From a virus (taxonomy: Duplodnaviria; Caudoviricetes), in the IMG/VR virus record IMGVR_UViG_3300020264_000034, positions 1-30,260 of that record: a DNA stretch of 30,260 nt; one strand, 5' to 3'. The translations under genes and the position numbers were made by a program. The first letter of the stretch is position 1. The number at the start of each line of letters is the position of its first letter. Under the pieces are notes generated by a model. The model worked only from the letters and a program-made list of their open reading frames with translations, did no database searches and was not told the DNA's origin. Positions 23,714 to 30,260 of the stretch are shown one piece after another.

Positions 23714-23721
23714 TATTTATA
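23714..23721 (-). promoter_or_regulatory. Late promoter TATAAATA
   Basis: Perfect consensus. Confidence 0.75.
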
Positions 23722-23734
23722 ATAGCAGAGACCC

Positions 23735-24037
23735 CTAGGATCTGTCAACTTGGTCTCGGCGGTCAGTTGCTTCTCGCAACAGAGTGAGTGCTTTTTCCTC
23801 AGTGATCTTACCTCTATCAAATCTTTTCTTGATACTAGTAATTTCTTCAACATATTTTTTCTGAAGAATTGCTTTCCTAGCACTAGCAATTCTTTCAGAT
23901 CTATACCGCTCTGATGATACAGGAAATTCTACAGCGTAGTCTTCGTCTACGACAGAATCAAATTCAATCTCATCCTCAGTAAAATTTTCCTTTACTTCTT
24001 CGGGAAGATCTTCGTAATTAATTTTAGGTAGTTTCAT
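23735..24037 (-). CDS. Hypothetical protein
   Basis: 100-aa ORF coupled by TAATG to the upstream gene. Confidence 0.7.
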   Translation of the reverse strand: MKLPKINYEDLPEEVKENFTEDEIEFDSVVDEDYAVEFPVSSERYRSERIASARKAILQKKYVEEITSIKKRFDRGKITEEKALTLLREATDRRDQVDRS

Positions 24038-27000
24038 TAGACTCTTTGAATGTCACAACTGTCATAAGTTCCTTGGACTCCTCCCTTTGATTGCTGATAT
24101 GCTTGCTCTCCTGATCCACCTTGAGCAACAGATGTAATGTATGTGTTGTAAATTTGTTGTCTCAACATGGATAGAGAGTCAACAGGTTGAGTCCTGAAGT
24201 GATTAATCCAACCATCATATCCAGTCATACGACCTACATTTCTTAAAGTTGGTTCTGGATATCTAGTGATGTCCAAAATGTATGCTTGAATGATAGTTTC
24301 ATGCAGAGCAGTATACGTTGTTGTAAAACCACTCGGAGAAGTAACTTCTTGTAAGGTGTATCCAGGTTTCAGAGTGTCAATAAACTCTCCTCTATCCAGA
24401 TCACCATTATTATACAGCACATATCCCTCAAAACCAAGCCCATAAACACTCTCAACATCTCTCAGACTACAGTCTGTCCTATATCCATACAGCACAGCTT
24501 CTCTGGTATTCCAAATCATATTACCATTGCCATACTGATCTAGGTCTAGAGATGTCCTAATGATTTCTCCATCAGAATAACGGAGCACAAATGCACCACC
24601 TGCAGGATTACCATCCCAACTATTATCTGGTGGATTTCCTACTCCTGCCGCATTTGTAACTGTCATCGTGAGAGTATATGCTCCAGAAACAGCAGGGATT
24701 GCTTGAGTGGCACTAGTGCCATAACTGCCAGTAGCAATAGCAATCTGCGATCCATTCCAAGCAAATTCAACTATATTGTCACCAGAATATTCTAGAGTAA
24801 GGGTATCATTTCTTCGGACAAAAATCTGGAAAGTAATTGTTTGGGGTTGTTGGGGTAGAGTAGCAAATCCCTCCACCCAGATAGCATACTTATCCATAAA
24901 ATCCCCCCATGAAGCCATTGAAGCCTTACCTCTACCATTGACAGGCACCCAATCTAGAGTTTCATCCTTAACACAAGGAGCACCTTGACAGATTTTAATA
25001 TACCATCCACCAGGATTGGTTGCCCAATTCAAAGCAAACAAACTGGGATTATCACAGTCTGGAGGTAGTTTGGTAACAGAAGTAAATTTGTAGATACCGA
25101 ATACATCACCAGAGTTAGCATATGTTGCTGCATATTGAGCAGGAGTTAATCCCAAATAATTACCACCGATTTCTGGAGCATCACCAACGGATCTGAATTG
25201 AATTGTTTGATTAGAGTTACGAGCAGATGCTGGAACCTCTACATTGTAGTCTGTCCAACTTCCATAATAACCATCATACTGTGCAAAAGAAATATCATAA
25301 AATTGTTTTGACCCAACTAATGTAACCCAACCTGTGCCAAAGTTTACCTCCAATACTTCATTAGCATCGTTAGGTCTTTCCCCACCATTAGTATCAGTGC
25401 CTGCAATACACCAGATTTTAAGGACATCTGTTTCAGACAAATCCAGTGTAACCGTTGCACTTCTATTAGCAACCAATGGACCAGCAGTAACAGTGCCGAA
25501 ACTCAAATACTTTCCACTAGGACTATCATCAGGGACAACAAATCCTGACACTTCATTTAATCCAGTAGTATTAACTGTTGAAGATGCTACTTTTAATGTA
25601 CCATTACAGTCATTGCCATCACCATCGTATAGACAAATTTCTGTTGATGATACCACATTGATAGTACCGTTTGCTGAATTTAAACCAGTGTATGTAATTG
25701 GATACGTTTGACCACCATTAACTGTAATAGTTCTGGAATCAAATCCCTCTCTGTCTTCGTCGGCAGCAACAACTTGAATAGTAAATTGCTGTTGACCAGC
25801 ACGACCGCTTCTTGTAAAAGTTTGTCCAGCAATTTCAATAGTATCTACAGAAGTACCAGAAATGTCTGGGTTATCATCCCATTCAAAACGGATATCAACC
25901 TCACCACTACCCGATCCAGATATTAAAAGAGTTTCTGCATCTGAAGAGAATTCTGCACTGATGTTAGAAGAAGTTGATCTGATTTCAAGCTTAGCATTCT
26001 CATCAAATCCATTACTAGGATCATCGTCAATCCTCAGCGACTGTCCATTGCTAGCAACATCAATATCACTTGTAGGTGCATTCAGACCAGTATAGGTTAT
26101 TGGATAACTTCCACCGCCACCACTACCACTTTGAGTGATTGTAGATCCAGCAATAGTAATGGAATCCACAGCTTTACCAGCGGTGGCAGGGTTATCATCC
26201 CATTCATAAGACCAAGTAACGCTACCAGTTCCATTACCAGAGACAACTAAATTATTTCCATCAGCAGAAAACGTTGCTGATACAGACAGTCCAGATCCAG
26301 GACCGTCTAACTCCTGTCTGATAGCAGTTCCAGCACCAGGATTTACACTTCCCCAATCAACACTGGTATCTACATACAAATCATTGATTGCAAGACCACC
26401 AGGAGAAGCATTTGTAACTTCTGCCCTAAGTGTATGTGGTCCTGCAGTAACTTGTTTGGAAACAATGAGTGGTCCAGTTGCCTCAGGAAACAGTGCAGGA
26501 TTTAGAATTGTTGGGGTAGTGACTGATGCAAACGGAGTTGACTCATCATCAAAGTAAAACTCCCCCTCATCGTCAGCACCAATCTCAAAGAAATATAAAC
26601 CATCTTCGTAAAATTGAATGGTATATGTAACTATCTGCCTTAGACATGGAAGAGTGCATTGTGCGGGGTTAGTCCAAACCCCATACCTATCACCATCCTC
26701 TGTCCACAATGACAATGCTGTAGGAGTGCCACCTGTCTCAGTACCTATGCTAAAGGTTGCATTACAATCATCTCCGCCACCGCCACCAGGAGATACGCTA
26801 ATAGTAAATTCCTGAGATCCTTGGCGCCCACTTCGTGTCCAAGTTTGTCCACCAACTGAAATAGTATCTACAGCAGTACCAGAATCGTCTGGATCATCAT
26901 CCCATTCAAGACGGAGGGTAACACTGCCGCCACCATCCCCAGTTATTGAAAGAGTTTCTGCATCAGTAAACTCTGCATTAATGTTGGAAGAAGTTTCCCT

Positions 27001-27936
27001 GATTTCAAACTTAGCATTCTCATCAAATCCGTTTGCAGGGTTATCATCAATCCTCAAATCCTGTCCATTCTGAGCAACATCAATATCACTCGTAGATGTA
27101 TTCAAACCAGTATAGGTTATCGGATAATTTCCACCAATAGCACCATCCTTAAGACACAGACTATTTCCCTGCACTTCAATAGGAGAGTTTGCTGGGTTTA
27201 AATTACTAAAAGTTATTGGATATTGCTGCCCCGCTTCAACTTCAATAGTTGCGTCTTGACTACCTGAAGTTCCCGATCGAGTTAGAGTAATTCCAGCAAC
27301 TGTAAGTGAATCCAATGCAACACCCAAAGTATTTGGATTATCATCCCAGGAAAGATTAAGTGTTAGAGATCCTTTACCCTCTCCATCGACAATGATGGTG
27401 GTGCCTGTAGGATCAAAACTAGCACTGATTGATCCTGGTTTGATTGCAATAACAGCGTTGACTGGATAGGTTACTGGATTTGATAGTGGATATGGATATC
27501 TTGTAATAAGATTACCAACTCTACTAAAAAATGTTACTGGTCTAATATTGATATCGGGGTCCCAAGGAATACAACTATATGCCTGAACACCAGGAACAAA
27601 GAAATCATCAGTAATTCCAAAGTCTGCAGGGAAAGGTATGACTGCAAGAAATTCAGCCTCCGCTTCACTTAAATCTGGTGTAAAAATATATGGTCCTGGT
27701 CTATCAAATACTGGTTGACAATCTACTAGATTGCCATCTTCATCTACATCACAGATAGTATATAATGGCCAGTTTGTTTCATCAATTGGAGGTCTTACCT
27801 CAGTAATGATTTGCGTTGCAGGTTCAGCAAGATCTTCAAGTCTTTGTGCTCTTTCATCAAGAGCAGCTTGATCGACTTCGATAATCGCATCACATATTGG
27901 TCCAGGTTGTCCTTCTGGATAATAAAACTGAGCCAT
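24037..27936 (-). CDS. Large virion structural/receptor-binding-like protein with PA14-like and WDDNP repeat domains
   Basis: Four WDD[N/D]P beta-rich repeats, two PA14-like segments (ADD/GDN loop ... G.HTL...VTN ... W..NP.G), late promoter upstream. Confidence 0.75.
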   Translation of the reverse strand: MAQFYYPEGQPGPICDAIIEVDQAALDERAQRLEDLAEPATQIITEVRPPIDETNWPLYTICDVDEDGNLVDCQPVFDRPGPYIFTPDLSEAEAEFLAVIPFPADFGITDDFFVPGVQAYSCIPWDPDINIRPVTFFSRVGNLITRYPYPLSNPVTYPVNAVIAIKPGSISASFDPTGTTIIVDGEGKGSLTLNLSWDDNPNTLGVALDSLTVAGITLTRSGTSGSQDATIEVEAGQQYPITFSNLNPANSPIEVQGNSLCLKDGAIGGNYPITYTGLNTSTSDIDVAQNGQDLRIDDNPANGFDENAKFEIRETSSNINAEFTDAETLSITGDGGGSVTLRLEWDDDPDDSGTAVDTISVGGQTWTRSGRQGSQEFTISVSPGGGGGDDCNATFSIGTETGGTPTALSLWTEDGDRYGVWTNPAQCTLPCLRQIVTYTIQFYEDGLYFFEIGADDEGEFYFDDESTPFASVTTPTILNPALFPEATGPLIVSKQVTAGPHTLRAEVTNASPGGLAINDLYVDTSVDWGSVNPGAGTAIRQELDGPGSGLSVSATFSADGNNLVVSGNGTGSVTWSYEWDDNPATAGKAVDSITIAGSTITQSGSGGGGSYPITYTGLNAPTSDIDVASNGQSLRIDDDPSNGFDENAKLEIRSTSSNISAEFSSDAETLLISGSGSGEVDIRFEWDDNPDISGTSVDTIEIAGQTFTRSGRAGQQQFTIQVVAADEDREGFDSRTITVNGGQTYPITYTGLNSANGTINVVSSTEICLYDGDGNDCNGTLKVASSTVNTTGLNEVSGFVVPDDSPSGKYLSFGTVTAGPLVANRSATVTLDLSETDVLKIWCIAGTDTNGGERPNDANEVLEVNFGTGWVTLVGSKQFYDISFAQYDGYYGSWTDYNVEVPASARNSNQTIQFRSVGDAPEIGGNYLGLTPAQYAATYANSGDVFGIYKFTSVTKLPPDCDNPSLFALNWATNPGGWYIKICQGAPCVKDETLDWVPVNGRGKASMASWGDFMDKYAIWVEGFATLPQQPQTITFQIFVRRNDTLTLEYSGDNIVEFAWNGSQIAIATGSYGTSATQAIPAVSGAYTLTMTVTNAAGVGNPPDNSWDGNPAGGAFVLRYSDGEIIRTSLDLDQYGNGNMIWNTREAVLYGYRTDCSLRDVESVYGLGFEGYVLYNNGDLDRGEFIDTLKPGYTLQEVTSPSGFTTTYTALHETIIQAYILDITRYPEPTLRNVGRMTGYDGWINHFRTQPVDSLSMLRQQIYNTYITSVAQGGSGEQAYQQSKGGVQGTYDSCDIQRV
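25771..26115 (-). repeat. Internal duplication, copy B (115 aa)
   Basis: GGSYPITYTGLN..SDIDVA.NGQ.LRIDD.P.NGFDENAK.EIR... with DNA-level similarity to 26794-27135. Confidence 0.9.
26794..27135 (-). repeat. Internal duplication, copy A (114 aa)
   Basis: Shares CTTAGCATTCTCATCAAATCC and CCAGTATAGGTTAT with copy B. Confidence 0.9.
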
Positions 27937-27958
27937 TAATATTAACCGTTGATTTAGT

Positions 27959-27965
27959 TATTTAT
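27959..27965 (-). promoter_or_regulatory. Late promoter (ATAAATA)
   Basis: About 23 nt upstream of the ATG at 27936. Confidence 0.65.
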
Positions 27966-28627
27966 TTGATGTATCCATTCTCTCGCAACCATTGACGAGT
28001 CAGGGGTGTAGGATCATAATCAGTCCACATCGTCCCACGAGCACAGGACTCTAGTGCTTCCTGAGTCATATTTTCAGTCTTACCTGCCCAGGTTGCTTCC
28101 TTCTCCCATGGTTGTGCATGTGGAGGATAAGTCCGACGCACCATCTCTTGCCAGATCTCAGGTACTTCATCTTCAGGTTTGATGATAGCGATCATGTTGT
28201 TTTTGATCGTGCCTGCCATACAATCTTGAGCAGCGTGCCATCCTTCATGTCGGACAACGCTCATCAGGACATGTGGGCGATGCACATATGTTTTATTGAG
28301 ATAAAAATGATTACTCACAGTGTGATACACACCACGATGACCGACTGGAAAATACTTTTCATCGGCAAGATGCACATCTACTCCAATCTTCTTAAAGGCA
28401 ACCATGATTCGGTCAAACTCATCAGCAACTGGTCCCCAATTAGAGTCAGGAAATGCTGCGCGAAGATCATCAGAAGAAGTGATCTGCTCTACGTCCTTAG
28501 TGCATTCTTTGAGGAGCATACATCCCATGGCATCCATGGTGTAGTATCCCTTGGTAGGTTCTGCACTAACAGCAACGCCGTGTGCCATTCCAAACATTAG
28601 TCCAGAAAGAATTGCATTTCTAAGCAT
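27962..28627 (-). CDS. Exported HEXXH zincin-like hypothetical protein
   Basis: Signal peptide from the ATG at 28627; VRHEGWHAAQDC and downstream E.EA. Confidence 0.75.
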   Translation of the reverse strand: MLRNAILSGLMFGMAHGVAVSAEPTKGYYTMDAMGCMLLKECTKDVEQITSSDDLRAAFPDSNWGPVADEFDRIMVAFKKIGVDVHLADEKYFPVGHRGVYHTVSNHFYLNKTYVHRPHVLMSVVRHEGWHAAQDCMAGTIKNNMIAIIKPEDEVPEIWQEMVRRTYPPHAQPWEKEATWAGKTENMTQEALESCARGTMWTDYDPTPLTRQWLRENGYIK

Positions 28628-28637
28628 AATAATAGGG

Positions 28638-30116
28638 TTACTTGACTCCATTATTATAGCAAATATTATCTCCAATGACAAGCATATCCATTTCACTAGT
28701 TGCCAATAACTCTAACGCATCATCTGGTGATCCGCAGATGGGTCTACCACCATTATTTAAAGAAGTATTCAGCAGCATAGGAATGCCAGTAAGTTTTTCA
28801 AACTCAATAATCAATTGATGATAAAAATTATTTTCTTCAGTAACAGTCTGTGGTCTACAAGTGCCATCAACATGAGTAATAGATGGGAAAGATTGTTTAT
28901 CTAATACATCCATAACATATAACATATACGGTGTTTCACCAGTCCAATCAAAATAATCAGAAACTTTATCCAATAAAACCGATGCCCCAAAGGGACGGAA
29001 GTGCTCTCTATGTTTTACTCTAGAGTTTAAAATATCCTTACCATCTTTAATGTCAGGTCTCATTAGAATGCTTCTATTTCCTAAGGCTCTGGGACCTATT
29101 TCACCATGACCTTGATACCACCCAACAATCTCCCCGTTAGCAAGTCTCTCAGCAGTTTCTTTAATTGTCTTTTCGCTAGGATTGTTTGGAGAAACATCAG
29201 ATTGCCAAAAAGGAAATCCACTATTATCAAAAGGGTCTTGATCAAACATCTTTCTAAGAAATTCAACAATACCAAGAGACAATCCACAATCATTACAATG
29301 GGGTGGTATATGTAGATTTGGTCTCTGCCTTTTAATCATTGTATTAATAATTGTATTCTGTGCAGTTCCTCCACTGTAAGAGATCACATCATCAGATTTT
29401 GTATTGTTTAAAAAATGCTCAACATGAATTCTTTCTGATTCTTCATGTGCGTTACGAATAAAATTTACAACGTCTTGATATTCTTGTGTGTAATCAAAGT
29501 TATACCACAATTCGTTTAAGGTTTCAAAACTATATCTCTTTCCTAAAGAGTAATCTTTTCCATACCCTTTGAGTGCCATAACTTTCCCAGCGTGATCTAG
29601 GAGTCCACCATTTAGTCCAATCTCATTGCCAACTCTCCCAAGAATATCAGCAAAACTACCCCACTGATCTGAAGTGCGTTTAAATATTCTTTCATCAGAT
29701 CTAAAAATACTATGGCATATATTACTATCACCCCATCCGTCAAATACAAAATCAATTGTAGTGTCTTTACTCAGAGGCCATACACTTAATGCATGTGCAT
29801 AATGGTGATCGATCCTATAAACAGGACATTTAAATCCCATCCATTTAAATAATTTAATATCAATCTCTTCGTATAATTTTTCAGAATTACACTCTACATG
29901 AGGATGCCTATCACAATCTAATGAAATGCCAATAGCATCAATCTCATCTGGATTTACACCAATCGAATTAAATATATTTTTCCATCCACCCAAACGATTA
30001 TATCCATAATGTTTATGTTGGATACTTCTCTCCAGGCAAAAATACTTTACAGTAATACCATCGGTATAAGTTATATTTGAATCGTGATCACACAAACGAA
30101 GACCTAAAAACTTCAT
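28638..30116 (-). CDS. Carbamoyltransferase (NodU/CmcH/TobZ family)
   Basis: HDS, HHYAHA, FDGWGD, GKVMAL, SGG.AQN, D.GLSLG, E.GPRALGNRSIL, VKHRE.FRPF, HVDGTCR.QTV, LLNTSLN. Confidence 0.95.
   Translation of the reverse strand: MKFLGLRLCDHDSNITYTDGITVKYFCLERSIQHKHYGYNRLGGWKNIFNSIGVNPDEIDAIGISLDCDRHPHVECNSEKLYEEIDIKLFKWMGFKCPVYRIDHHYAHALSVWPLSKDTTIDFVFDGWGDSNICHSIFRSDERIFKRTSDQWGSFADILGRVGNEIGLNGGLLDHAGKVMALKGYGKDYSLGKRYSFETLNELWYNFDYTQEYQDVVNFIRNAHEESERIHVEHFLNNTKSDDVISYSGGTAQNTIINTMIKRQRPNLHIPPHCNDCGLSLGIVEFLRKMFDQDPFDNSGFPFWQSDVSPNNPSEKTIKETAERLANGEIVGWYQGHGEIGPRALGNRSILMRPDIKDGKDILNSRVKHREHFRPFGASVLLDKVSDYFDWTGETPYMLYVMDVLDKQSFPSITHVDGTCRPQTVTEENNFYHQLIIEFEKLTGIPMLLNTSLNNGGRPICGSPDDALELLATSEMDMLVIGDNICYNNGVK
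28653..28681 (-). promoter_or_regulatory. Sigma70 promoter TTGTCA-N17-TATAAT
   Basis: Near-consensus with TG extension, inside the 3' end of the carbamoyltransferase gene. Confidence 0.75.
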
Positions 30117-30140
30117 AAAAAAGAGGGTCCTAAGACCCTC
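30117..30140 (-). terminator. Intrinsic terminator downstream of psbD
   Basis: GAGGGTC-TTAG-GACCCTC-TTTTTT directly before the ATG at 30116. Confidence 0.85.
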
Positions 30141-30169
30141 AGTATATCAGAAAAAACTATAGGCGTCAA
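30141..30169 (-). promoter_or_regulatory. Sigma70 promoter TTGACG-N17-TATACT
   Basis: Exact 17-nt spacer, TG extension, A-tracts upstream. Confidence 0.75.
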
Positions 30170-30212
30170 TTTTTTGCCGCGATTTTTTTTCGACTTCTAG
30201 GGAAAATCAAAG
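30168..30212. repeat. T-tract element, copy 2
   Basis: Aligns with 15906-15949. Confidence 0.7.
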
Positions 30213-30260
30213 TGCATTTCCCCTGGGGAGGACTTCTTCTGGGAAGATAAAGTTCTCGTG
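30207..30260 (-). CDS. psbD: Photosystem II D2 protein, 3' end (partial)
   Basis: Manual translation HENFIFPEEVLPRGNAL*, the conserved D2 C-terminus. Confidence 0.95.
   Translation of the reverse strand, partial: HENFIFPEEVLPRGNAL

Noticed and set aside
23196-23738. 180-aa plus-strand ORF
   Set aside because: Antisense to a clear signal-peptide gene with its own promoter and terminator
25771-27135. Duplicated segments as a diversity-generating retroelement TR/VR pair
   Set aside because: Both copies are in-frame coding, differences are not adenine-specific, and no reverse transcriptase is in the window

Overview
This window is part of a T4-like marine cyanophage (cyanomyovirus, probably Synechococcus-infecting) genome, coded mostly on the minus strand. 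From left to right: (1) a tRNA cluster (Asn, Ala, Thr, Leu) with small hypothetical genes and a structured inter-tRNA RNA; (2) gp5, then a 2OG-Fe(II) oxygenase, tRNA-Val, CpeT bilin lyase and CP12; (3) a baseplate/tail module (gp27-like hub, two paralogous tape-measure-like proteins, gp51/gp26, gp54/gp19-like, gp4, and gp48/gp53 on the plus strand); (4) a replication/transcription block (gp32, gp59, gp33, exonuclease, PhoH, ThyX, glutaredoxin); (5) a small outer-membrane-protein gene flanked by structured RNA elements; (6) a 1299-aa repeat/PA14-like structural protein, an HEXXH protein, a carbamoyltransferase and the 3' end of psbD. The strongest unexplained signal is a T-TTT-TTC slippery heptamer at the end of gp26. 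A -1 shift there fuses gp26 to a gp51-like reading frame whose upstream part has no standard start codon, directly upstream of the tape-measure-like genes, as in a lambda G/GT-type tail-chaperone frameshift. Other notable signals: three tRNAs overlapping protein 3' ends, candidate ncRNAs, nested circularly permuted domain insertions in the 1299-aa protein, and a repeated T-tract element. All family calls come from motif recognition only; no searches were run.
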